Shown piece by piece: positions 17,780 to 43,362 of a DNA stretch of 64,000 bases. Source of the stretch: the human T2T-CHM13v2.0 reference genome, Homo sapiens. Positions within the stretch are counted from its first letter, which is position 1; the number at the start of each line of letters is the position of its first letter. The DNA lies in NCBI RefSeq assembly GCF_009914755.1, contig NC_060932.1; one strand, written 5' to 3'. The notes under the pieces were generated by a model. That model made no database searches. It was not told the DNA's origin and was given only the letters and a program-made list of their open reading frames with translations. The translations under genes and the position numbers were made by a program.

Positions 17780-18934
17780 TGATTAATACCCCTCTAATGT
17801 AAAAACTCCTTGATCCATAGATCAGGGCCAAGAAATACTTTCTTTCATGTTGGACTGTTGGGCTTCCTACCACTAGACAAATTGGAGCTCCCATGACCAA
17901 CTTTCTTTCCTTCTGGTTTGCATCTTTACTGTGGTTTGCATATTTGTTGTTTTTGGTCTTAATATCCTGTGCTTTATGGAGAGCTGTCTCAGATCACTGG
18001 GCCAGAGCTCTGTGTGGGCAGGAACCATGTATTTGTATTTCACAGTTGCATGCTTAGAACCTAGCATAGGGCTGATCCCTAGAAGAGTCAATTAATGCAT
18101 GAATGGGTGCATGCCTGTGTGGGATATATGCAAGATAGAAATAGATCCAGAACTTTAAAACTTCTTGGAAGAATGATGATGAGGGAACACATGATAGTCA
18201 CAGGGGATCTGGAAGGGAATTAACATTATTGAGCACAGAGGATCTGGGAGGGAATTAACAGTATTGACTGTCACCTTGGGAAATAAGGGTTCTCTCCCCA
18301 TTTTAACTCAGAGGCAAGGGAGGCTCAAGAGGGTTATTGTGAATTGCCTGTGGTCTCATAACTAGCAAGTAGGTGGTAGAGAGAAAATTCAGACCTAGGT
18401 TAGCTTGACTCCAAACATTGGGCCTCTAATCTACCAAAATTTGGTTCACTTTGAGAACCAGATTCTTTGAGAAGAAATAGGTGGTTTCATCCAGCCCACT
18501 GCCCTCAGAGAAGACCACATCGAAGCAGAGCCGTGGCTTGTTTCCACCCCTTTGTGGGTGACTCACTGATGTCTTTAGCTGCAGCCTTTCCACCGAGTCC
18601 CAGTGGCCCACTCAGTCTCTCTTCTGGGAGGGCTACTGGGCATCCATTCCAGAGGAAACAGATACCAACCAGGACTGTGGTTCTGTGCTGCAGCCTGTTT
18701 TGCCCCATCGTTTCCCACTGTGATGAAGGGCACTACCAGTCACTGATCTACCCAGATGAAGCTCGCTTCTTCCCTTTCGCTTATGCTCCACAGCCACTCC
18801 ATCGGCAAGTCCTATAGGTTCTATGGTCAAGCATGTCCTGAAGCTGATCGCCATACCACCCTCAGCCGAGCTGCCCTCACCTCTCTCCTGCACCCTGCAG
18901 GATCCCCCATGCTATTTTCCCTGCCCTTCTCTTA

Positions 18935-19365
<431 letters not shown>

Positions 19366-19742
19366 ATAAACTCCAAAGCCCCATTGGCGCACTGACCTCA
19401 CTTCCAACTGCTCTCCCTCTTGCCTGGGTCGCTGCAGCCACATAGAGCTTGCTGTCACTCCAGGGCACCAAGCTGGAACGTCCTCAGCACTGCACTTGCT
19501 ACTGCCTCAGCCCAGACCACATGCAGACTTGTTCCCACGCTTCATTCTGGGTCCTGCCCTAGATAAGATGTGTTCGGTGAGGCATGCCCTGAGTCCAGCC
19601 AATGAAGCTGTGGCCCCAGCACTCTCTCTCCCTGACCCTGCTTTGTTGCCCTCATAGCCCATAAGGTGACCTGAACTTGCAGCAAGCATTTATTTGGTTC
19701 CCTAGTGGTTGCCTGTCTTCCTCATTAGAAAGATAGCTCATA

Positions 19743-20022
<280 letters not shown>

Positions 20023-20251
20023 TTAGCTCATGATAAGGCAGGCACTACTCACATATCGCTTGTGTCCCCAGCACCCAGACAGGGCCTGGCTCAGGTAGGG
20101 ACTCAGTGAATAAATGAATGAGCACAGCTTGGTCCTGATTTTGACACTTTTCCTTTTTCAGTAAAATGCCTTACTTAAACACTTGAGTATAAAAGAAGTT
20201 TCTGCTTAAGGCAGTAAAGGGGACTGACTTGATGTTCTTTCTTTCTCACAG

Positions 20252-20369
20252 TTGCCCTCAAATTGGCTGTAGCCACACGGATATAAGAAAGTCAGATCTT
20301 ATCCAGGATGAAGCACTTAGAAGGGCAATTGAGAACCATAACAAGAAAAGACATCGTCATTCCGAGTAG
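20252..20369 (+). CDS. NSMCE2: NSMCE2 last coding exon, (Y)CPQIGCSHTDIRKSDLIQDEALRRAIENHNKKRHRHSE*
   Basis: Branch-point-like CTGAC at 20224-20228 and acceptor ttctttctttctcacag|T. TA|T completes Tyr209. Contains C210 and C215 of the SP-RING; stop TAG at 20367-20369. Numbering is consistent with the 247-aa human protein as I recall it. Confidence 0.96.
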
Positions 20370-20605
20370 GAAAAGCCACCTGCCTGCAGGGACACCAGCA
20401 GCCTACCTCCTACCCCAGCTGTCTGTTGAGAGCAGTGCTGACCCCAGCAGTTAGGGACTGGCTGCATAGCATACTTGTTGGGGGTAAAACTTGTTGCTTT
20501 TATGTGTGCTTGAAAACATTTTTCAAAGTTACACAACAGAAATGCAATCATATTGTTTATTTTTAAGTGTTCTATAATGTTAAATAAAACTTTGATCATC
20601 TGCAG
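20370..20605 (+). other. NSMCE2: NSMCE2 3'UTR (~235 nt)
   Basis: Lies between the stop codon and the inferred cleavage site ~15-20 nt after AATAAA; the distal half is U-rich. Confidence 0.8.
20583..20588 (+). terminator. NSMCE2: Polyadenylation signal AATAAA of NSMCE2
   Basis: Canonical hexamer, CA at ~20603-20604 and GU-rich downstream sequence (gtgtcc...tgtatggattgtt). Confidence 0.85.
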
Positions 20606-20703
20606 TGTCCTCCCTGCATGCCTCCTGATGTATGGATTGTTCCAGAGGTGCAGGCTTTTCCATTTCAAGGACATCAGACTGATTTTTATAATAGTTTTGA
20701 CTA

Positions 20704-21071
<368 letters not shown>

Positions 21072-21975
21072 CTATTGGGAGGCATTTTCTATGAGTATAG
21101 TAAATAATAGCATTTGGTTATAAAGCAAAGTCAGTTTACTTTCTTGTATTTACATTGTATATTGACAGTTCCAAACATATAAATGCTTTTATTGTCATTC
21201 TGAATGGAATAGAATGCTCCAGTGACTGGCTAATCAGTGCATTGCAGTGATGATTGATGCCTATAATGAATACTTTGCTGCAGCCCTCCAAGAGCCTAAA
21301 GTACCATCAACAGTAACCACATTCCAGCTGCTCTCTGTTTTTCTAGATGGTTCACTGCAAGTGACTTCATCCCTCTGGATGTTGGTGTCTTCAGCCATAA
21401 AGTGAAGGTGTTCAACAAGATGCTCTCTAATGTCTCTAATCAACAAGATGCTCCCTAATGTCCTGTGACCCCTGAGAGTCTATGGACTGACACCAGCAGG
21501 GTCTTTAAATTGAATGTCTTCAATTATATTCTAATTGTGTGATGAGCACCAATCTATTGTCTCCATTAGCAACCTTTTATCAACCTTACTATTTAATTAA
21601 ACCAAATTTGAAGCATACCCTGATGGCACTGGAAAACCAAGAATAGCTAATAATAGCTAACATTTATTGAGTACTTATTTACTGTATACCAGGTGCTATT
21701 CTAAGTGCTTTACATTATATTAACTCCTATAATCTTCATAGCCCAGTGAGAGAAGGACAGTTCTTACAGATAAGGAAAAGTAGGCACAGAGAAGCGAAGT
21801 CACCCATGGAAAGTCAGAGATGGAACTAGGAAATGGCTGAGCTGGGACCAGAATCTGGAGAGCCCAGTCCTAAAATCTCCATTCTTAACTCCATACTCTC
21901 CTCCTCCCTATTGACATAATTTAGAAAATGAAAATATATTCGAAGCCCACATTTAGAACCAAAGCTTTTGTAAAT

Positions 21976-21977
<2 letters not shown>

Positions 21978-22027
<50 letters not shown>
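21978..22027. repeat. (GT)~25 microsatellite
   Basis: Uninterrupted GT run. Confidence 0.98.
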
Positions 22028-22029
<2 letters not shown>

Positions 22030-22047
22030 AAAAAGTCTAATTAAAAT

Positions 22048-24532
<2,485 letters not shown>

Positions 24533-24815
24533 CTAGCCAACATGGTGAAACCCTGTCTCTACCAAAAATACAAAAAATTAGCTGGGTGTTGTGGCGTACA
24601 CCTGTAATCCCAGCTACTCATGAAGCTGAGAGACAAAATTTGCTTAAACCCAGGAGGCAGAGGTTGCAGTGAACCAAGATCGTGCTACTACTGCACTCCA
24701 GCCTGGGTAACCCAGGAGGCAGAGGTTGCAGTGAGCCAAGATCACACTACTGCTGCACTCCAGCCTGGGCAACAGAGTGAGACTGTCTCAAAATAAATAA
24801 AAGAAAGATAAATAA
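24533..24815 (+). mobile_element. Alu lacking its first ~90 nt, with a 62-bp internal tandem duplication
   Basis: Starts ctagccaacatggtgaaacc immediately after the THE1 LTR; aacccaggaggcagagg...ctggg occurs at 24647 and again at 24709. Confidence 0.88.
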
Positions 24816-25385
24816 ATTTTTTTAGATGCAGGAAATAACTGAATTTGACATCTACTGCGCAGTAAAATCCACTAAATAATAACATATTTGAGTTTAAAAG
24901 CATAGTCTAACATGGTTGAATTAATTTTGAAAGCACTTTTATGGAATTCAGAAAGTAGTATGAAATTCAGTTGTCTACAAACTAAATGCTTTTGAATTTC
25001 CTAAGATGCTTTATCTGAATCAGACTTTACGGAGGAAATGATTGTATTTAAGCCAGAACAAACATACTTTTCATGGAATGTGGTTCTTTTGTGAAATACT
25101 TTGCTTACTAAACAGATAGGAGTAAGCATAAAATGCATCCCAAGATTGGATTTGCATTTTTCCCAACTCTAAAGAGAATTCTGGAATATTTGTATAGGTA
25201 CCAATACCAGTTAGAAAAATGCAAAATAACAGTATTTCACTTTTGAAAAGGTATGGTATTTATATCTTCTGAAATCTTCCCCTTCTTTAGCCTTCAGAAA
25301 CTGTTTCATAAATTTGTCTAGCCATTCAAAGAGGTTGATGTTTTACACAAAACTGATTTTCATCTTTTGAAGGTCTGTCATTTGA

Positions 25386-25639
<254 letters not shown>

Positions 25640-25739
25640 TAGGAGTTTTTTTTTTAATGGAAGCTTTTCTTCCATTAAAATTATATTCATCTTCTTTAGT
25701 AACCCAATATAAAAGACAGTTTAAAGGGGAGCAGTTCTA

Positions 25740-26285
<546 letters not shown>

Positions 26286-27276
26286 TTAAAAAGTTACCAC
26301 AAACTCCAAAAGATAATTTCTGTCTCACCTTATATAAAACTTCAAACATGGAGTGTCCAGCTTGAAGCAGTGTCTGAGGGGAGTACTGCTTTTAGCTGGA
26401 TACACCCCGACGGAGGTTTTATGCAAGGACAGAGATAAATTACAGGACTGAGAGGAACCAAGGCTGGTGTGAACTGACTGCTTGCCATGTACCAGGCTCA
26501 GGTCTAAGTCCCTTAAAAGTATCCCCTAAGCTAAGTCTCCTGAACCCTCGTTATTACCCCCATTTTACAGATGAGGAAACTGTGGTTCAGAGTCAAGTCA
26601 TTTGCCCAGGGTCACACACTTGTGCGCAGTCAGTCCTGTCTTGGAATGGAACAGTGAGTGAGCAGAAGCACTCTGCCCTGCTGGTGGGCTCTTTGCCCCA
26701 GGGCCATGGAGGGCACATACAGGGTCAGCAGACCTGCACTTCTATCCCAACCTCCTTATTGCTGTTACTGAGACCAATTTCCCAGGTTCGCAGACTCCAG
26801 TTATCCACGAATTTAGCATAGCTGGGTGATCCTCCCCTCCCTTGTTCTCTCTGCCAACACCACCAAATCCAGGGCCTCCCTCCTTACTTCACACCAAGAC
26901 TATTCACCGGCCTCCCAGCTGGCCTCCTGACTCAAATCTTGCCCCTCTCATATTAACCTACTAGAATACTGATTGGGTAATTTCACATCCTACCCAAAAG
27001 CCTTCCTTTCCTACAGAATGATGTCCTGTTCTGGCATTCAGGATTTTACCACATAGCAGCCCCCTTCCTCTCTGCAACACTTCCCTCTTTTCCCTCCATT
27101 CCAGCACCCCCTCTCTTTCCAGCAAAGTTTCTTCCAGGAAGCGAACTAACCCTCTGTGTCCCTGACTAGCACATAAAGGTGATATTGTCACTTCCCTACC
27201 CCAGGCCTCAGATTTCCCACATAAACTAAAAGACTTGGATGGCTCCCTAAAGTTTCTTTAAAAGCTATAAGATTCC

Positions 27277-30858
<3,582 letters not shown>

Positions 30859-31825
30859 AGATTTCTTTCTTTTTAATGAACAAATGCAGAATTGGTTTTA
30901 AAACAAAAAGCAAGATACGATTATGAAAGGAAGCAACTCAAGGATCATCTTTTGTCACAAACACCACAGTGCTGTTAAGAAACGAGTCCGCATGCTGCTG
31001 GAATGTATGGAAAAGGCTGCCGTGCAGTCAGGAAGACAGGCCATGAGGCTCTGCGTGAGGCCCAGAGGTGAGTTTTTAAGCTATTCATGGTGACCACAGT
31101 TCACAAAGAATGTGAAGACACTGATTCGTCCAGAGAACAGCATAAACAATTGGATGCTATACTGAAAAGAACTGGGATGTTTTTGCCCACAGAGAAAAAA
31201 ACTCAGGCTTGTTTTATAGAAAATATGGGACTCTGGCCAGGCGCAGTGGCTCAAGCCTGCAATCCCAGCACTTTGGGAGGCCTAGGCAGCCGGATCACTT
31301 GAAGTCAGGAGATCCAGACCAGCCTGGCCAACTTGGTGAAACTCTGTCTCTGCTAAAAAATACAAAAAATAGCTGGGTGTGGTGGTGCACACCTGTAATC
31401 CCAGCTACTTGGGAGGCTCAGGCAGGAGAATTACTTGAACCCAGGAGGCGAAGGTTGCAGTGACCCAAGATCATGCCACTGCAGTCCAGCCTGGGTGACA
31501 GAGTGAGACTCTGTCTCAAAAAAAAAGAAAATATGCGACTGTGTCAGGAATATGCCACAAGACAATTAACAATATGTGCCATTAAAAGGCCAATTAAACA
31601 GTCTTTGAGACTTAGAAGAAGAAAAACTTAGCATAAAGGGTCTCATGGAGGGAACCCTTGGTCAACTCCCAAGGGACTGTGGATAAAATTCAGGAAGTTT
31701 ATAAATTGATGTGGGGAGCAAATTGCTTCTTTACTAACCTGTAATTGGAATTTAGCGTCTCCCACAATTCTGAATATAGGCAATGAACTCCAATAGAATT
31801 AGCAGTACCTGTGACTTTATCACTA

Positions 31826-32140
<315 letters not shown>

Positions 32141-32199
32141 TCATAATATTTTCATATTACATTACTGTTGTTATGGAGATAAAATTACCGTCATTTCTT

Positions 32200-34915
<2,716 letters not shown>

Positions 34916-35755
34916 ATACAGTACTTTCTAAACCTGCTGCTAGATCTTATTTACTATGTTAATTAAAAAGCATATCTATTACTAAATTACAAATTCATTT
35001 TTCAAAATGTCTCAATATAATTCATTACCTTTCAATATAATTGGGTTCCTTTGTAATCTTATGCTTTTAAAAGCATTGTTCTGAAAAAGGGTTCGACACC
35101 TCACTAGGACCACCCACTGGTCCAGGGCCCAATGAAGGTCAAGAGCCCTGTTGGCACTTGTACTCCCCTCTATGGTGGACCTGGCTCTCTGGCTGCTCCT
35201 CATTTATATTCCAGCCTCTGCTATGTTTCCAGGACATTCTGTGATAGAGTCTGCTATAATTCATGTATTTCTGTCACCTAGCACAAAGCCTGGCACCTTG
35301 CAGTTGTTTGCTGATCATTTAGTAAATTATGCATTTTTTGAAATGTTCTCTTTGTCCTCAGAAGATTAAATAAGAAGAAATACGTATACATAATGCAGAT
35401 GAAATTCCTCCCAGACAAGCGGTAGTTGTCAGAGCTCATCAGGCATATTTTGCATGCCCTAGTCCATAAATCCTCCCAACAGCTGTGGGTGCAGATGAAG
35501 AAACTGATGCCCAAAGAAGATCAAGTCTTGCCCAAGATCCCTGAGCCAGTGAGTGATGGGCCAGGAGGACTGGAACCAGACCCCACCCCTGCCCCTGCCA
35601 AAACAGCCCCACTGAGCCAGGCAGATCAAGTTCTAGGTCAGACCATGGAGCCAGCGTGGGAAGTCCTTAGCAGTTCTGATCCTCTCAGAGGAGTCCCCAG
35701 GTTCTTCTAACACATGAGCCTACTCTTTTTTTCTTAAAGTGAATTTATATCATAG

Positions 35756-36133
35756 TGTCTCAGTCCATTTTCTGCTACTATAACAGAATACCACAGACCA
35801 GGTAATTTATAAAGGAAAGAAATGTATTTAGCCCACAGTTCTAGAGGCTGGGAAATCAAAGAGTACAGTGCTGGCATCTGGTGAGGGCCTTCGTGCCCCA
35901 TGATAAAATCGTGAAGGAGGGCATCACTTGGCGAGAGGGCAAGAGTATTTCAGCTCAAGTCTCTCTTCCTCTTCTTATAAAGCCGCTAGTTCCATCATGG
36001 GCACCCCACCCTGATGACCTTATCTGGTCCTAATTACCTCCCAAAGGCCTCACCTTCAAATAACATAAATATATTAATTTGGGAATCAAGTTTCCAACAC
36101 ATGAAATTTGGGGGATACATTCAAACCACAGCA
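35756..36133 (-). mobile_element. MLT1A/MST-type MaLR solo LTR
   Basis: tgtctcagtccattt...cacagttctagaggctgggaa...ggggatacattcaaaccacagca. Confidence 0.85.
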
Positions 36134-36679
36134 CACGGGTACTCTAGGAGGAGCAGTGGGTGGTGGGGAATTGAAGGCACAGTGAGAGGATGTCTCCATT
36201 CTTGGCCCTGCCTTAGCTACTCACAGCCTGTCTTCAAAAGATTCTGCAGGCATGTTTCTTGATTCTGTTGATAAGCAGAAAGGGTGGGGTCTTGGGAGGC
36301 TGTATTTGTTTTACGCATTACCTCACAAAAAGCCACACTCTTTCAAAAGATCACAAGTTCTTGCAACTAGCGTGTGACTTCCAATATCCAAGACAAATAA
36401 TGGGAAATTTTTCCCCACTACCCTTCAACAAAAGGAGAGAGAAGATCCTACAGCATTGAAATGATTCTTCTGTTAGACGTAGGAGTAATACTATGAATAA
36501 AAAATTCTGGGTAGGTTGGAATACAACAGGCAAAAATATGCAACCTTCAGAAGCAGAGGGTCAAGCTGCAGCGCCCAAGAGTGTGGGTGGTGGTGGTGAG
36601 AGATGAATACCAGAAAAGTCTATTTAGACCATCCTTCCCCAACTCACCTACCTTAAAACAAAACCCCTCATGCATCTTA

Positions 36680-37105
<426 letters not shown>

Positions 37106-37428
37106 TCAGTCCCATTCCAGTCCTAGTTCTGTGCTAGACACTGAGCTTAAAGATGACCAAGACCCAGATCCCACCCTGAAAGGACGACTTCTCGCTGGTT
37201 AAAGACACAAAATAACGAAGCTTATTATCAGAGCAGTGCATGAGTGCATGAGGCACAAGTTGTTGGAAGCAGTTTTGCCCTCCATGGAGCTGCCTTGCAC
37301 TTCATTTCATATTCTCCCACTGCACTGGGTCCTTTCTACTTTGTGAGTTGTTGTAGGCGTCTCATCTGCCTCCCTTGGCTGTGCTCTCCTCAGGATGGAG
37401 TCCACGTCTGAGTCATGTTTCCCCCCTA

Positions 37429-38275
<847 letters not shown>

Positions 38276-38924
38276 GGTCCTGTACCTGATGCACCTCGCA
38301 TATAAGGAAAAACCCAAATGAATTAATGTTTGGTTCATAAAGCCAAGCAGAAAAACATATATACACACTATAATTTTAGCTATTTAAAACAGCATATTCT
38401 TAAGCAAAAAGCTCAAAAAAGACCATAGTTGTATTTTGTACAAAAATGTATTGAGTTGTACATCTTTTTCTTTCTTTTCTTTTTAATATTCTGTCTCTAT
38501 ACCCAAGGGCCCATTACATGATACAATCTTGATTATCACAAACCAACACACAAAAAAACCTCTCATTCCACTTTACCCTACCAATCTAGATGTCATATGT
38601 GTTGGAAGCTTGGGAATGGGCTAACGTTGTATCAGAGAGAGGTCTCTAACCATCTGCTCAGCTAGAGCGAGGCTCAGTTGATATTTTTGGCATGAATATT
38701 GGATTCTCCAAGAAAGCAGCATTTCCCAAACTCCAAATATTCAAACTCCGCTATCAAAGTTTCACCATATCCACCTGTGGCCTGTATTATTATTTGCTGA
38801 ATTTTTTGGAGTTCAGCCTTCTCCTAAATAATAGAATGCATACAATCATGAGTTTGATGTGCTAAGTATCCTTAAATACATTGAAATCGATATGGAACAT
38901 TAAACGAAAAGAAACTCGTGTTTT

Positions 38925-39210
38925 CTTGTTTTGTTTGTTTTGAGATAAAGTTGTTTTGAAACAACTCCGTTGCCCAGGCTGGAGTGCAGTGGCGCCATCT
39001 TAGCTCTCTGCAACCTTCCATCTCAGTCGCCCGAGTGGCTGGGACTACAGATGCGCACCACCATGCCAGCTAATTTTTGTATATTTTGTACAGATGGGGT
39101 TTCTTTCACCGTGTTACCCAGGCTGGTCTTGAACTCGTGAGCTCAAGAGATCTGCGTGCCTTGGCCTCTCAAAGTGCTGGGATTACAGGCATGAGCCACT
39201 GCGCCTGGTC
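38925..39210 (-). mobile_element. Alu (J-like), degraded
   Basis: Antisense dimer with small deletions. Confidence 0.88.
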
Positions 39211-39229
39211 GAAACTGGTGTTCTTAAAG

Positions 39230-40460
39230 CCCTAACAGCATCCCGGGTGACCCTTTGGGAGGCTGCTGCTGGAGCGGGGCGGGGGGCCCTGGCCGGTGCC
39301 CAAAGCCTTCCCACATTCTCCAGTGTTCTCCTAAGAACCTTCCTCCACGCTGCCCAGCATTGAAATGAAGAAGTCCCTGGAGAGCATGGCGACACCAGCA
39401 CGAAGCTTCGGCTATTAATCATCAAGGCATACCCACCCGCCCACTGGGGTTGGGATTTCAGCATAGACTGTCAGAAAGGACAGGCCCCCAGCGGCTGTGC
39501 TTACCAGCAGATCTGAGTTTCACAGGAGAAGTGTGAGCTGGGGCTCAGACTCCCCGAGCGCCTCGGTGCTGCCATCCCAGGTCACACCCACACAGCTCAG
39601 CCAGCTGTTCCTATTGCTCCCACGAGTCACCAAGCATGAACTCCCCAACATGTCCCCATCTGTCTCCTTGAAGCAGGTGACATCCCTGTCAGCCCTGGGA
39701 GTCTGAAGGAGAAGCCTGCTGTTGTTGGCCTGGGAGACTTCCATTCTACAAATCTATTTTTCCTGTGGGCCTGTTTGCCTTTGACGCCACATATGTCCCG
39801 CATCCAACCACGTGTCAGAGGTGGCTGTTTAATGCCAGCCAAAGAAAACAAGCCTTTCCAGCGCTCTGCGCTAAAGGTGAGGTGACAGCTGGCAGATAGT
39901 TAGTGACTCACCCCGGTGGACGCCGCCCCACAGACGCGTTTTGAGGGGCTGCTACCAAGGGCACGTATCAAGCCAAAGATGGGAACCCAGGCTTGGCTGT
40001 TGGGTGAACAACGAGGGATTGCAACACCTTTTTAGCTAACCCCAGCTCTGCAGTGACAGGCGCTCAGGGAGTGAGGTTTAGGGAAGTCAAACGCCCTCAG
40101 TGTTTTTCCCAGAACAGCTGGACATGTCAGAAGACCCGAGTTCCAATTTCACTCTCTTACTTACTAGCTCTGTGACCTGAGGTGACTCACAGTAACTTCT
40201 CCGCACCTCAGTGCCTTCACCTGTGAAAAGGAGGTGGCCCCAGCTCTGCAGGGCTCTCGGGGCTGTGTTGAGTGAGCTCTCACCCCAGAGACGCTGGAAC
40301 ATTTGGCAGGATTCCCTCCTCAGCGGGTAGGAATCAAGCACGCAGGGGAGGGGCCTGCCTGGCTGCACCCCTGGTGAGCCTGGGCTGTAGCAGCCTCTGT
40401 TCCTGCTTTCAGGCGGTTGCAGCCTATTTGAATGCATGTGAATGCATGAAGATTAAATAA
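39230..40460. promoter_or_regulatory. Candidate distal enhancer (repeat-poor, relatively CpG-retaining segment)
   Basis: TGACTCA at 39904-39910 and 40183-40189, CACGTG at 39809-39814, GC box at ~39276, cccacccgcccac at ~39432, several CAGCTG. Motif evidence only. Confidence 0.35.
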
Positions 40461-40978
40461 CAAAAAGCACCAAGCAGTCTCAGAATGAATTAGCTTGGGG
40501 GTAGGTGGAAGTGGGGAGGAACCAGGATGGAGGGTGGTGGGGTAGTTAATTTTTCTAAAATGCCATTCCCGTCTTTGCAATTAATGTAGTCTTTCTCAAG
40601 ATAATTATAGAGGGTCACATTGTGCCACCAGATCAGTGAGGCAGGCAGTAATCCTTCAGGAGGTAGGACTGGGAAAGTGCTCAGGATACCGTGGTCAGAA
40701 AAGACTTCACGGGCCAGGGGAACTTGCTTTGGGTAATGAGAAGGGTACCAGCTCGGACAGGTGAGAAGCAAAGGCCTTCTCTTACGGGAGCTAAGGCCCA
40801 GAGGTGGGATCCCAGAGGGACAGGACTGAAAGGAGAGGGGAGGGCAGGCCCAGGAGACCCAGATTCTACTGGGGACTCGAGCACAGAGGGATCCACTGGA
40901 TGAACACCAGGTCAGTGTGCACTTACTGTCCAGTATTCAAGGCCTATACATAGCGAATTTTAGAAATGTTAGTAGTTG

Positions 40979-41597
<619 letters not shown>

Positions 41598-43019
41598 TTA
41601 AGAAACAATGGAGGAAAAAAAAAAAAGAGAGACAGACTCTCACGTTTAAAGAGAAAAAAACCAAAAGCCAAACCCTAAGCAAAAAGACCCAGGGAGAGTT
41701 AAACCACAGAAAGTGTAGAAAGAAGCTGTGCTGAGGGATTTAATAAAATTTCCGAATCATAAAAGTACACTGGGTGGGGTCTGGGAAGTGAAAGATACAG
41801 TCATCAGTATCATCCTTTTCTCCCCCGAAGAAGCCAACAAAGAGCCACTCAGAACTGAGGAACGCTGGCTGATGGGGGAAAAGGTAGCGGAGCAGCCCCG
41901 GCGCCTGTGCTGAAATCTGGCTTCTCTCCACTCAGATGAATGAGCTGGGAGGCGCAGCTTCAGGAGCGATTTGCAAGAGATGCACTCGGAGCTCAAGATG
42001 GACAGCAGCCTGGCCAACAGCTTCTCATCCTCTCTGGGCAACAGTCTTTCCCAAACGAATAGTGGACAGAACAAGGCTTTGGGGGCTGGAGTCCCAGACT
42101 GGAGCTCCGCCCGCTCCCCTCCCCCCACCCCTTCCCCGAGCCCTGAGACCGTGAGACTATGAGAACGTAGGATTCCATCTCAGGCTGTAGGATTCAGAGC
42201 AAGTCCCTGACCTCTCTCAGCCTCAGAACCCGTTCGTGAGATGAGAGGACACTCCTGCACCCTCCAGGGCAGCTGCAAGGTGGGAGGATGCAGCGTCCTA
42301 GTCAGTGTGCCTCTATCTGTCTATGTAGTTTATTCGTAGAACAAATAAGAAACTTGGACACGCCATGGCTGTGAGAGTGGGCTCCTAGGGAGGAAGCACG
42401 CTTTCTCTGTCAGTTCCCCCACCAGCAGCCTCCCATCTGGCTCTCCTGGATTCTTGGCGTTGAGACTCAGTCCGAATTCAGGAAGGATGCGGGAGTTAAC
42501 AGGCTTCCTGGGCTAGCCTGGGAGCCACCCCACACAGGCCGTGGGAAGGTGCATCCCCATCTCAGGAGTTCCACTCAACAGATTTACCAGCAAACTCACG
42601 ATCCACGTCTGTGAGTGGGAGGTTTCTGCCAATAACAGCCAATGCCACCACTTTGGCAAATCTGCCCTCTGAATTTGAACGTGTAGTTGCTGGAATTTGG
42701 TTTTTAAAATATGTGCTTGTGCGCACGGTGGGGAGGGAGTTAAAAACACATGCCCTTCCTAGATATTGTCTATTCTTGGAAATGCTAAAGCCATTCTCCA
42801 GAGGGAACTCAGCAGCAGCAACTACAGATGCCAAATCTAAGGGCTTGAACCCCAGCTCTGCCACTTAGTAGATGTGGATTTGGAGCAACTTTTTTGTGTG
42901 TCCCTTGGCCTCAGTTTGCTCACTGTAAAATGGGAGTTATTGTGTGGATAAACAAGATAACGCTTGCAAAGTGTGAAGGCTGAGTCCGGTGCATTGTTAA
43001 GTATTAAATAGGAGAGATT

Positions 43020-43362
<343 letters not shown>

